64,000 nt of DNA from contig OZ252299.1 in assembly GCA_965250285.1 (NCBI GenBank), positions 4,384,001 to 4,448,000 of the forward strand, in the 5' to 3' direction. The notes under the pieces were generated by a model. That model had not been told where the DNA came from. It saw nothing but the letters and a program-made list of their open reading frames with translations, and ran no database searches. The position numbers were made by a program, and so were the translations under genes. Positions 29,676-39,444 of this stretch are shown here, piece after piece. Origin of the DNA: Myxococcota bacterium. Lineage in GTDB: Bacteria > Myxococcota_A > UBA9160 > UBA4427. Numbering within the stretch: the first letter of the stretch is position 1; each line of letters starts with the position of its first letter.

Positions 29676-29996
29676 ATGCGTCGACGCCCATCGCGTCGAG
29701 CGGTGCTCGCTTGCCTGCTCGCCCTGCTCTGCATCGCGGCCGAAGTCGCCCACGCGCTTCATGAATCGCCGTCGGGGTCGTGCACCGAAGCCGGCGGAGA
29801 TGTCGCGGTCAGCGCGCCCTGCGGCGTCTGCGAGTGGGTCGCGTCGCATCCGAGCGCCGGCGTCGTCTCACTCGACCTGCTCGCGGTCGCTCTGCCGCTC
29901 GCGGCGGCAGACCGGGTGCACCCGCCGCGCTTCGACGCGCGACCGGCCGTCGGCACTGAGCCGGCCGCACCGAGGGCCCCGCCCCACACCGCCTGA
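29676..29996 (+). CDS. Second DUF2946/CruR-like leader protein (CxxC + RAPP)
   Basis: Basic then hydrophobic N-terminus, AHALHE, CGVC, C-terminal APRAPPHTA*. Confidence 0.75.
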   Translation: MRRRPSRRAVLACLLALLCIAAEVAHALHESPSGSCTEAGGDVAVSAPCGVCEWVASHPSAGVVSLDLLAVALPLAAADRVHPPRFDARPAVGTEPAAPRAPPHTA

Positions 29997-30260
29997 GCCG
30001 GTCCTATACGACCGGCGCCGATCGTCGTGGCCCGGCCGCGATGGGTCTCGAGTGCGCGCGGCGTGCTCGGTCTCACGCTGCGCGCCACGAAGGCCTCGAG
30101 TCGCGTCTCTCTCAATTCACTTCGGCGCGACTCCCTGAAAATCCCCCCCGCCGACGCGCTTCTCACGCGTCGGATCGAATCGTCGAGCCCGCCTGAGTCG
30201 TAGGACCCGTCCCGGGTCCGGCCCGCCCGTGCATTCGAGTCGATCGAGAAGGGTGACCCC

Positions 30261-32201
30261 ATGGGTCGTCACACACTGCGCCTGTTGTGCGCGAGCCTGA
30301 TCGTCGTGGCCATCGCCGGCGTCGGCCACACACAGCCGCGCACCGCCACCCGCGACGTGCTGCTCGGCATGCACGAGCGCATCGTGCTGAGCAGCGACGT
30401 TCAGCGCATCTCAGTCGGCAGCCCGCGCGTGCTGAGCGTCGAGGTGCTGAGCAGCCGCGAGCTGCTCGCGCTCGGCCAGGCCATCGGCCGCACGAACCTG
30501 ATCGTCTGGTACGCCGACGGCCGCACCGAAGACTTCCAGTTCGCCGTCGTGCGCGACCTGTCGCTGCTGCGACAGATCCTGCGCGACATCTACCCGACGC
30601 TGCGCGCCTCGTCGGCCCCCGACCGCGACGCGATCATTCTGCGCGGGTCGGTGCCCGACATCCGCTACTCGCGACTCGCCGAGAGCGCCGCGGCCGGCTA
30701 CCTGCAGGCGGGCGTTTCGGGTCGCCGCAGCGGCGCTCAGCCCGTTCTCCCGACCGCCGAGGCGTCGGTCGCGAGCGCGGAGAGCGCCGACGGCGCGGTC
30801 GAGATCGCCGAGACCGTGATCGAGCGCGCCTCGTCGCTGCTCGGCGTCGAAGGCGGCCGGGGCCGCGCGCAGATCATCAATCTGATCCAGGTGGGCGAGC
30901 TGCCGGCGACGCTCGAAGAGCGCGTGCGGGCAGCGATTCTGCCGATCGGCGGCGCCGACGTGACCGTGCGCCGCATCGTGCGCGGTCAGATGCGCAACGA
31001 CGCCATCGACACCCTCGTGCTCGAAGGCGAGGTCGACGGGCAGGTCGAGCTCTCGCGCATCCTGATCGCGACCTCGACCGTCGTCACCGGTCGCGGCGAC
31101 CGCCAGATCGACGTGCTCGCCAACGAAGCGGGCGCCCTCAGCAACTTCGGCGGCGGCGGGGGCGGCGGCGGGGGCGGCGGAGGCGGTGGCTTCGGCGGCG
31201 GTGGAGGCGGCGGGGGCGGCAACATCGGCAGCTCGGGCCTGCGCGTGAACGCGATTCGCTCGAACATTGCCCGGGCGAAGGCGCTCTCGACCGCCGGCGG
31301 CCGGGTGCTCGCGTTCATTCACGTGCGCGATATCCCCCAGGTGCGCGTCCAGGTGCGCGTGTTCGAGGTCAACCGCACCCGGCTCAAAGACTGGCTGCCC
31401 GAGGTCAATGCCGTGAAGGTCGACCAGGGCCAGAGCGTGCAGCCGCCGCTGATCCCGCCCACACCGGGCGGCGGCGGAGGCGTTTCGCCCGACTACAACG
31501 GCACCAGCTATCAGATGGCGACGCGCATTCTTCAGGGCGCGGCCTCGAGCCAGTGGCAGGTCGTCGCCAGCGATTTCGCGATCGACATCTTCATGGCGAT
31601 CCTCGAGAGCGAGGGCGTCGCGCGCAGCCTCGCGCGTCCGACGCTCACGGTGCTCTCGGGCGAATCGGCCACGTTCAACGTCGGCGGCGCCATCCCGATC
31701 AACCGGACGCTCACGACCGCCGCCGGCAATCAGAGCTTCAGCGACGTGTTCTTTCAGGATTTCGGCATCTCGCTCGGCGTTCGGCCGCTCGTCGGCGAGG
31801 ACGACGTGATCACGATGGACGTGAACCCCGACATCTCGTTCCCCGACGCCGCCCTCACCGCGGCGCTGAACATCGGCACGAGCGACGGCAGCAGTACCGC
31901 GGCCTTCGAGACCCGCACGCTGAGCACCAGCGCGCGCGTCGCCGACGGCGAGGTGCTCGCGATCGGCGGCCTGATCCAGCAAGAGAAGTCGATCGACTCT
32001 TCGTACACGCCGGTGGCCCACCAGATCCCGGGGGTGGGGTGGTTCGGCAAGAGCATCAGCCGCGATCAGGACGAGACCGAGGTGGTGATCCTCGTGAGCC
32101 CCACGATCGTGCGCGACCCGATCAACGGTGTCGGCTTGTGGGCCTATCCCGACCCGATGGAGCTGATGCCGCCGCCGCTCGATGAACCCGAGGCTTCGTG
32201 A
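30261..32201 (+). CDS. rcpA: Tad secretin RcpA/CpaC
   Basis: N-terminal GRTNLIVW pilus-assembly domain; QVRVQVRVFEV, LARPTLTVLSGESATFNVGG, FGISLGVRP, IGGL, ETEVVILVSPTIV. Confidence 0.88.
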   Translation: MGRHTLRLLCASLIVVAIAGVGHTQPRTATRDVLLGMHERIVLSSDVQRISVGSPRVLSVEVLSSRELLALGQAIGRTNLIVWYADGRTEDFQFAVVRDLSLLRQILRDIYPTLRASSAPDRDAIILRGSVPDIRYSRLAESAAAGYLQAGVSGRRSGAQPVLPTAEASVASAESADGAVEIAETVIERASSLLGVEGGRGRAQIINLIQVGELPATLEERVRAAILPIGGADVTVRRIVRGQMRNDAIDTLVLEGEVDGQVELSRILIATSTVVTGRGDRQIDVLANEAGALSNFGGGGGGGGGGGGGGFGGGGGGGGGNIGSSGLRVNAIRSNIARAKALSTAGGRVLAFIHVRDIPQVRVQVRVFEVNRTRLKDWLPEVNAVKVDQGQSVQPPLIPPTPGGGGGVSPDYNGTSYQMATRILQGAASSQWQVVASDFAIDIFMAILESEGVARSLARPTLTVLSGESATFNVGGAIPINRTLTTAAGNQSFSDVFFQDFGISLGVRPLVGEDDVITMDVNPDISFPDAALTAALNIGTSDGSSTAAFETRTLSTSARVADGEVLAIGGLIQQEKSIDSSYTPVAHQIPGVGWFGKSISRDQDETEVVILVSPTIVRDPINGVGLWAYPDPMELMPPPLDEPEAS

Positions 32202-32392
32202 TGTACTCTCGGGAACCGAACCTCGAGGACAGGCACTGTGTGATCGGGGAGGTCCGCAGCGTCAGAGGATGCGGCAGAAAGCACACAGTCGTGGCCGATT
32301 CGTCTCAAGGAGTCGCCACGTCGCGACATGAACAACGAACGCCTCAACCGCCCAGTTCTCTGGGCGCAAGTTCATTGGTGAAGGAGTGAACC

Positions 32393-32797
32393 ATGCGAAT
32401 GCGAACCAAGCTTCAGCGGCGACGCCAGGGCGGTGCCGCTCTGGCCGAGTACGGATTGATCGTGGCCGGTGTCACGATGGTCAGCCTGGTGGCGGTGTCG
32501 GTCTTCGGCTCGAAGGTCGGCGGCCTGATCGGCACGTCGGCGACGTTGCTGCCCGGCGCGTACACCGATCAGAACGCGCCCGTGCAGGTCGGTCAGCTGA
32601 TCGAGACCCGAACGGTCGACTCGAACCAGGACGGCGTGAAGGAGATCGTCGTCGACGCATCTCGGATCGCCGACGACGGCGGCGCGCTGCCGGGCAACGA
32701 GCCCACCGTACCGCGGCTCGGTCAGTCGATGGGGTTCGACGCGCACGACACGTCGCACCTCTATCAGCTGGGTGATCAGGACAACATGTTCCACTGA
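32393..32797 (+). CDS. Flp-type pilin with extended C-terminal domain
   Basis: Basic leader, G|AALAEYGL (E+5, Y+6), hydrophobic helix; AAGGAG RBS. Confidence 0.8.
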   Translation: MRMRTKLQRRRQGGAALAEYGLIVAGVTMVSLVAVSVFGSKVGGLIGTSATLLPGAYTDQNAPVQVGQLIETRTVDSNQDGVKEIVVDASRIADDGGALPGNEPTVPRLGQSMGFDAHDTSHLYQLGDQDNMFH

Positions 32798-32856
32798 GCC
32801 GAAGGCCTGGGGGCGCAAGCCCAACTGGCCGTGGACTCGGGAAATGTTGAGGTCGA

Positions 32857-33855
32857 ATGCAGACTCCCGATTCAAAGTCGAGGCGCCGCGAACGCGGCGG
32901 CGTGCTCGTTGAGTTCAGCGTCGCCGTCATGGCGCTCTGGCTCATCGTGGCGGCGACCCTCGACTTCGGCCGCGCCTTCGCCGCATCGCATGTCCTGCAG
33001 AGCGCAGCGCGCACCGCGACGCGCGCGCTCGCTCTGCAGGAAGTGGCGTGGAATGCAGATTTCAAGACGGCGCTGGGCAGCGTCTACGACGAGCGGTACC
33101 TCGTCCAGGACGCCGACTGTCTCGAGAACGTGGCGCGTGGCAACAACCGCAGCCTCGCCGAAGAGCTCGACGCTCAGCTGCAAGAGCAGGGGCTGATCCT
33201 CAACCGGATGCTGCAGCCGCTGATGATCTTCGAGGTCGTCTCGGTCGACGGCCCGGCGCAGCGCCTGATTCGGTATCCGGGCGCGCTGCTTCGAAACGGG
33301 TTGCCGCAACGCAACGAAAACCGGCCCTGCTCGACGCGATTCACGGTTGGGGTGCCGGTCGTCGACGACACCCTGCGTGAAGTCCGATTCCACGCGGTCG
33401 TCGAGGAACTCGATCCGGGGGCGTTCGGGCTGAGCGAGGAAGACCCGCCTGAGGACAACCGCGTCCTGCCGGGCACGGTCACGATGCGACTGCACTACCC
33501 CTTCCAGGCGGTCGGCCTGTCGGCGTGGCGGATCATCGGCGGCACGAACCGGCCGGTCGAACTAGGCGAGACGGATGGCTACGCGATCGAAGACCTGGAC
33601 AAAGTTGGCGCCTCGATGATCGATGCCCTCGATGACGTGGACGCCGACGGATCGTCGCGCGCCTACGCGGTGAACGAGGCGGGCGCCACGATCCCGGTCT
33701 ACGCGGGCCGAATGGGTCTCGGCGTGCAGGGACTGCTGAACAAGCAGGTGCGACCGTTCCGGCGCGTGATCACGGCCCAGGCCATCATGCCGCGCGAAGT
33801 CGTATCGACCCCGATCCCAGAGGCGTCGAGCGGCGGTCAGGAGTCGAGCCCGTGA
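32857..33855 (+). CDS. TadE-like pseudopilin
   Basis: RRRERG|GVLVEF, LDFGRAF, SAARTATRA. Confidence 0.78.
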   Translation: MQTPDSKSRRRERGGVLVEFSVAVMALWLIVAATLDFGRAFAASHVLQSAARTATRALALQEVAWNADFKTALGSVYDERYLVQDADCLENVARGNNRSLAEELDAQLQEQGLILNRMLQPLMIFEVVSVDGPAQRLIRYPGALLRNGLPQRNENRPCSTRFTVGVPVVDDTLREVRFHAVVEELDPGAFGLSEEDPPEDNRVLPGTVTMRLHYPFQAVGLSAWRIIGGTNRPVELGETDGYAIEDLDKVGASMIDALDDVDADGSSRAYAVNEAGATIPVYAGRMGLGVQGLLNKQVRPFRRVITAQAIMPREVVSTPIPEASSGGQESSP

Positions 33856-34793
33856 GCCGGCGAAACGCAAGAAGAAGGCGTCGGCTGAACGTCTCGACCC
33901 TGCTGCTGCCGACCGTGCTGGTCGTGATGGCGGTGGGCGGTCTGGCCCTGGTGGCGTCGTCGCTCGGCTGGCTCGGCGGTTCGGACGATCGACCGCGCGG
34001 CCGACCGCCCGGCACCATCGCGGTGCCCGTCGTCGCCGTACCGATCTCGACCTATACCCGGGTGCGCCTCGAGCACCTGATCGACCCGCGCACCGGCGAT
34101 CTGCGCGCGGTGTATCTGCCCGAGAGTTCGCTGCTGCCCGAGACGATCATCGACGCGAAAGAGCTGATCGGTCGCGTCGTCGCCACCGACAAGAAGGTGG
34201 GCCAGCTCTTCGGCCAATCCGACTTCTTTCCGCCCGGCACCCGCGAAGGCATCGTCGCCGGCATTCCGCCGGGCAAGCGCGCGCTGCGCATCGACGCGCG
34301 CAAGGTCTCGGGCATCGTCGGCCTCGGCCGAGGCGATCGCTTCGATCTCGTCGCGACGCTCGACTACACGCGCACGGCCGGCAACCGGCTGCAGGTCGAA
34401 GGCGCGCCGTCGGGCGGCCTCGGCAGCCTCGGCTCGCGCATGGGCACGTCGATCGTCGTCGAAGACGGCGCGGTGGTTCAGCCGCTCGAGACGCGCGCTG
34501 TGCCCGGCCAGCAGGCCCAGCTCGTCGAAGAGATGGTGATCGCGGTGGCGCCCGACGAGGTCGAGTCGCTGACCCGGGCCCTGCACTCGGGCGCCCGCAT
34601 CGACTGCGTGCCGCGCTCGGGGCGCCCCGTCGACGTCTCGGCCGGCCCGCCCGCCGAGTCTTCACCGCGCCGCTCGGGCGGGCTCAACGTGGTCGAGACG
34701 ATCACGGGCGGGCAGCGCCGCGTGCTCGCCGTGCCCTCGGGCTCCGACTTCGGCACACCCGAAGTCGCCGACGCCGACCCGCGAGGCCGCTAG
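33852..34793 (+). CDS. CpaB/RcpC-like SAF domain protein
   Basis: TM anchor, ELIGRVV, IPPGKRALRI, GDRFDLVA. Confidence 0.8.
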   Translation: MSRRNARRRRRLNVSTLLLPTVLVVMAVGGLALVASSLGWLGGSDDRPRGRPPGTIAVPVVAVPISTYTRVRLEHLIDPRTGDLRAVYLPESSLLPETIIDAKELIGRVVATDKKVGQLFGQSDFFPPGTREGIVAGIPPGKRALRIDARKVSGIVGLGRGDRFDLVATLDYTRTAGNRLQVEGAPSGGLGSLGSRMGTSIVVEDGAVVQPLETRAVPGQQAQLVEEMVIAVAPDEVESLTRALHSGARIDCVPRSGRPVDVSAGPPAESSPRRSGGLNVVETITGGQRRVLAVPSGSDFGTPEVADADPRGR

Positions 34794-34795
34794 CG

Positions 34796-36043
34796 ATGCT
34801 GCCGCTCGTCGCCGTTCTGGCGTTCGCCCTGCTCTCGATGGGCGCCCTCGCCGTCGACCTCGGCGCGGCCGCCGCCCAGCAGAATCGACTGCAGAGCGCG
34901 GCGGAGGCCATGGCGATGGGCGCGCACCATCAGGAGCGCCGCTTACGGCTCGCGTTGTTGCGTGACGAAGACGACGTGAACGAGAACGGGAACGCCACCG
35001 CAGCGAGCATCAACTGCGACGATTTCTCGTTGACCGGATGCAGCGAAGAGATCGACCTCGCCGCAGATGCCTACGGCGAGCGCCTGGCCGACCTGATCCT
35101 CAACAGCGAGACTGTGGCCGCCGACCGAAACCCCACGGTCAACCTCGGCCCGGGTGCGGCGCTCGCGGACGTCGAGTCGATCGGGTCGGGCGCCGCCGAA
35201 GGAAGCGAGCTGGTCGGGGCGCTTCCGGAAGGCGTCGAAGACTGCGCCGATGGGTGTTGGGGCGCTCTCGTCCGACAGGCAATGCCGCTGCTCTTCGGTC
35301 AGGCGTCGATGCTCGGCTTCTCCGAAGGCGAATCGCTGCGCGACCTGCAGGCGGCCCGTGAGGACGGACAGGGGTTCGTGGGCGATGGCACGCCGGTCGC
35401 CGGTTCGCTGCGCACGCGCGGGATCCCGATCCGCGCCATCTCGGCCGTCGACGTCATGCCCGTCGTCGCCATCGGGCGGGCTCACGACGCGTCTGCCGAG
35501 GAAAGCGACCTTTTCCGCCCCATCGGACGAGCGCCCTTCACCCTCGAGTTCGAAGCGTGGGCCGACGGCACGTTCGAGCCCGGCAGCAGCCAGATTCTCA
35601 CCGTCGAGGGCCTATCGCTTCTTCCCGCCACGGCGGACGCCGACAGCGGCCAGGCCGAGGCGCCTGCGGTGGGGCGCATCATCGTGGGCGCAGACCAGGG
35701 GCTGCGGGCCGGCGAAACGATGACGACTCAACCCGGGGTTGTGGCCGAATCGCTGCCGGGCGTCGATCCCGAGTGGATGTACGTCCCGTTGACGATGCCC
35801 ACCGGCCAAGACGACGCACTTCCCATGGTCGTCGGCTTCGGACTGGTGCGGGCCCAGTCGGCCGCGGACGGTGAAACGCTCACCGTCGAGCGAAGCCCCT
35901 CCCACGTGCAGTTTGCGCTCGGCAATGCGAGCGCGTCCGCCCGCTCGCTCTCGAGGTCGAGCGACATCGGCGCCCTCCTCAGCATGCACGCGCAAGATGA
36001 CCGCATCCGATCGCAGGTGCTGCAGGCGGCGGTCCCGCGATGA
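34796..36043 (+). CDS. TadG-like protein
   Basis: GALAVDLG...LQSAAEAMAMGA Tad N-terminal signature. Confidence 0.72.
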   Translation: MLPLVAVLAFALLSMGALAVDLGAAAAQQNRLQSAAEAMAMGAHHQERRLRLALLRDEDDVNENGNATAASINCDDFSLTGCSEEIDLAADAYGERLADLILNSETVAADRNPTVNLGPGAALADVESIGSGAAEGSELVGALPEGVEDCADGCWGALVRQAMPLLFGQASMLGFSEGESLRDLQAAREDGQGFVGDGTPVAGSLRTRGIPIRAISAVDVMPVVAIGRAHDASAEESDLFRPIGRAPFTLEFEAWADGTFEPGSSQILTVEGLSLLPATADADSGQAEAPAVGRIIVGADQGLRAGETMTTQPGVVAESLPGVDPEWMYVPLTMPTGQDDALPMVVGFGLVRAQSAADGETLTVERSPSHVQFALGNASASARSLSRSSDIGALLSMHAQDDRIRSQVLQAAVPR

Positions 36044-37296
36044 CGACCGCGAACGACGCAGACGCGGCGCGCACGCTCCACGTGCTTGTCGTCGGGCCCG
36101 AGACCGAGCTCGGGGACGAGCTGCGCGAGGCGCTGCGGGCGACCACCGATACTCGGGTGTCGTTGCGCCAGAGCTTCGACTACGCCGAGGCGGGCGACGC
36201 CGTGCGTTCGCGCCAACCCGATCTCGTCTGCGTCGAACTCGGCGCCGATGCCGACGCGCTGCGCGGCTTCGTGGCGTCGGTGCGCGCGATGGCCCCCGAC
36301 CTGCCCTTCGTCGGCGTACAGGCGCGCAGCAGCGACGGCGACGCCGCGGGCCGCGACGTGCTGGTGGAGGCGCTGCGCACCGGGTTCGTGGATGTCATCG
36401 AGCGGCCCGTCTCGAGCGCCGATCTACGCCGTGTCTGGCCAAAGGTCGTGGCCGCCTCGCGCGATCTGCACGCCCAGGGCCACGTCGTCGCCTTCCACAG
36501 CACCAAGGGCGGCGTCGGCAAGTCGACGCTCTCGGTCAACGTCGCGGCCGGGCTCGCGCGCAACCGCCCCGACCGCGTGCTGCTGATCGACGCCTCGCTG
36601 CAGCTCGGCGTCTGTGCCGCGGCGCTCGACCTGTCGCCGCGCACGACGCTGGCCGATGCCGCGCGCGAGCGCGACCGTCTCGACGAGACGCTGCTGCGCG
36701 AGTTCAGCGCGCGGCACGAGTGCGGGCTGCGCGTGCTCGCATCGCCCTACAACCCGATCGATGCCGCCGACGTCGACGACGAGTCGCTCGCGCGCATCAT
36801 CGCGATCGGTCGGCGCGCGTTCGACTTCGTCATCGTCGACACGCTGCCGACCGTCGACGGCACGATGCTCACGATCCTCGACCTCGCCGACCGCATCTTC
36901 CTCGTCAATCAGGGCACCGTGCCCGACGTGATCGGCGCGGCGCGCCTGCTCGAGACACTCGACGAGCTCGGCATCGGCGAGGATCGCCGGTCGGTCGTGC
37001 TCAACCACAACCTGCCGCGCTTCACCGGCGCGCTGACCGCCGACGAGGTCGGCGACCGGCTCGGGCAGGACGTCGACTACGAGATCCCCCACGATAAGAA
37101 GGTGCTCACGGCGCTGAACCTCGGTGAGCCGCGGGTGCTGAAGGCCAACCGACGCTTCGGCTGGGGCCGCGCGATGCGCGAGCTGATCGAAGACGTCGAC
37201 GAGCTCAGCGACACCGAGCCGACCGCGGGCGCCGGGGGCAGCGAAGACGTCCGCGAGCTCGAGCCCGAGTGGAAGATCGCCGAGGTGAAGGCGTGA
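36040..37296 (+). CDS. CpaE/TadZ (receiver-like domain + MinD-like ATPase)
   Basis: STKGGVGKST, LLIDASLQLG, FDFVIVD. Confidence 0.88.
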   Translation: MTTANDADAARTLHVLVVGPETELGDELREALRATTDTRVSLRQSFDYAEAGDAVRSRQPDLVCVELGADADALRGFVASVRAMAPDLPFVGVQARSSDGDAAGRDVLVEALRTGFVDVIERPVSSADLRRVWPKVVAASRDLHAQGHVVAFHSTKGGVGKSTLSVNVAAGLARNRPDRVLLIDASLQLGVCAAALDLSPRTTLADAARERDRLDETLLREFSARHECGLRVLASPYNPIDAADVDDESLARIIAIGRRAFDFVIVDTLPTVDGTMLTILDLADRIFLVNQGTVPDVIGAARLLETLDELGIGEDRRSVVLNHNLPRFTGALTADEVGDRLGQDVDYEIPHDKKVLTALNLGEPRVLKANRRFGWGRAMRELIEDVDELSDTEPTAGAGGSEDVRELEPEWKIAEVKA

Positions 37297-38693
37297 GCGT
37301 GGCCAGCAAGCACGAAGATCTGCGTCGGCGGCTGCGCGGCACCCGAACCGACGAGATCCGCGGCTGGAAGCGCGCGCAGGCCACCACGCCGAACGAGGCC
37401 GAGCCGGCCCCCCAGAGCAACGCGCGATCGATCGATCTCAAGGGCGAGCTGCAGGCGCGCCTGCTCGACGAGATCTCGAGGCGCGGCCTGCTCGGTGCCG
37501 ACGACAGCGAGATCGTCGAGGCGGTCAAGGATTTCGTCGAGCCGATCCTCGAAGAAGAAGATCTGCCGCTCAACGCGGCCGAGCGCGGCCGCCTCGTCGA
37601 CGAGCTGATCGAAGAGACGCTCGGGGTGGGGCCTCTGGCGCCGCTCATGGCCGACCCGGCCGTGACCGACGTGCTGGTCAACGGGCCCCACGACGTCTAC
37701 ATCGAGCGCTTCGGGCGCATCGAAGAGACCTCGGTCGGGTTTCGGGACGAGGCGCATCTCCTGCGCGTGATCGAACGCATCGCGGCCCGCGTCGGTCGCC
37801 GCATCGACGCGGCGTCACCCATGGCCGACCTGCGCCTGCCCGACGGCAGCCGCGTCAACGCGACGATCCCGCCAGCCACGCCCGACGGGCCGACGCTCTC
37901 GATTCGCCGCTTCGGGCGCCGCCGCCTGCGCGCGCGCGAGCTGCAGAAGCTCGGGTCGTTCTCGGAGACGATCGGGGCGTTCCTGTCGACGGCGGTGCGC
38001 TACCGGTCGAACGTCTTGATTTCGGGCGGCACGGGCGCGGGCAAGTCGACGCTGCTCGGTGCACTCGCCGAGTCGATCCCCGCCAGCGAACGCGTCGTGA
38101 CGATCGAGGACACCCTCGAGCTGATCCTCGACCAGAAGAATCTCGTGCGCCTCGAGGCCCGACCCGCGAACATCGAGGGGCGCGGTCTGATCACGGCGCG
38201 AGACCTGGTCGTGAACAGTCTGCGCATGCGCCCCGATCGCGTCATCGTGGGCGAAGTGCGCGGGGGTGAAGCGCTCGACATGCTCCAGGCCATGAACACG
38301 GGCCACGACGGCAGCCTCAGCACGGTGCACGCCAACTCGCCCCGCGATGCGCTCTCGCGCGTCGAGACGATGGTGCTGATGGCGGGCGTCGATCTGCCGT
38401 CGCGCGCGATCCGCGAGCAGATCGTGTCGGCGCTCGATCTGGTGGTGCACGTCGAGCGCTACGAAGACGGCGTGCGGCGCATCTCGAGCGTCGCCGAGCT
38501 GACGGGGCTCGAGGGCGAGACGGTGCTGATGCAGGAGATCTTCCGCTTCGAGCGCCGCGGACTCGAGCCCGGCCGCGTCGTCGGTGAGTACGTCGCGACC
38601 GGCATCGCCCCGCGCTGCGTGCAGGACTTCCGGGCGCGGGGGGCCGACATTCCCACCGCCTGGTTCCAGCCCACCGGGACGCGGCCTCGATGA
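37293..38693 (+). CDS. tadA: CpaF/TadA pilus assembly ATPase
   Basis: GGTGAGKST, TIEDTLEL, LRMRPDRVIVGEVRG, AMNTGHDGSLSTVHAN. Confidence 0.95.
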   Translation: MSVASKHEDLRRRLRGTRTDEIRGWKRAQATTPNEAEPAPQSNARSIDLKGELQARLLDEISRRGLLGADDSEIVEAVKDFVEPILEEEDLPLNAAERGRLVDELIEETLGVGPLAPLMADPAVTDVLVNGPHDVYIERFGRIEETSVGFRDEAHLLRVIERIAARVGRRIDAASPMADLRLPDGSRVNATIPPATPDGPTLSIRRFGRRRLRARELQKLGSFSETIGAFLSTAVRYRSNVLISGGTGAGKSTLLGALAESIPASERVVTIEDTLELILDQKNLVRLEARPANIEGRGLITARDLVVNSLRMRPDRVIVGEVRGGEALDMLQAMNTGHDGSLSTVHANSPRDALSRVETMVLMAGVDLPSRAIREQIVSALDLVVHVERYEDGVRRISSVAELTGLEGETVLMQEIFRFERRGLEPGRVVGEYVATGIAPRCVQDFRARGADIPTAWFQPTGTRPR

Positions 38694-39412
38694 AACGCCG
38701 CCAGCTCTTTCACTCGATCGCGGCGCTGGGCGTCGCGTTCGTCGCTGTGTTCGCCTCTGCGTGCGCCACCGACGATCCGCTCGGCCCCGGCTTGAAGGAC
38801 CCGACGGTTCGCCTCGACGACCTCTTGAACGAGTGGTGGGCGCCGCGCGAAGAGGGCGGCACCTGTGCGTCGGGCGGAGGCAAGTACCCGTACGTCGACT
38901 GTGGCCGCGTGCAGGCCGAGATCGAGCGACTGGTGCTCGAGTTTCCGAACCACCCCGACGTGTTGCTCGCGAACGCGGTGATCGCCTTCGAGACACGTCA
39001 GCCCGAGAAGGCGCTCGACTATCTCGACTCACTCATGGAGCTCGAACACATCGAGCCGGGCGTCACGGTGCTGCGGAGCCGCATCGCGATCGACCAGGGC
39101 AACCTGCCGTACGCACGGCGCCTGCTCGAGGCTCAGGCGCACATGGCGCCCGATGCACCGGACATCCGAGAGGCGCTCGCGGCGGTGCACTATCTCTCAG
39201 GCGAATATGATGCGTCGCATCGCGAGCTGATCATCGCCGAGCGGCTCGGCGCACCGGCCTGGCGCATCGCCTTCAACCGCGGCCTGATCGAAGAGGCTCA
39301 GGAGAACTTCGGCGCGGCGATGGAGCAGTACCGCCTGGCTCTCGACGAGAACCCCGAGTACGAGCCCGCGCGCTCGAGACTGCGAGGCCTCGAGAGCACG
39401 CGTGGTCTTTGA
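38690..39412 (+). CDS. TPR lipoprotein (TadD/pilotin-like)
   Basis: Lipobox ASAC, TPR-like helices, last gene of the tad operon. Confidence 0.72.
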   Translation: MKRRQLFHSIAALGVAFVAVFASACATDDPLGPGLKDPTVRLDDLLNEWWAPREEGGTCASGGGKYPYVDCGRVQAEIERLVLEFPNHPDVLLANAVIAFETRQPEKALDYLDSLMELEHIEPGVTVLRSRIAIDQGNLPYARRLLEAQAHMAPDAPDIREALAAVHYLSGEYDASHRELIIAERLGAPAWRIAFNRGLIEEAQENFGAAMEQYRLALDENPEYEPARSRLRGLESTRGL

Positions 39413-39444
39413 GCCGCCGCGGCGCGGCTGCGCCGCAGCCTGAC

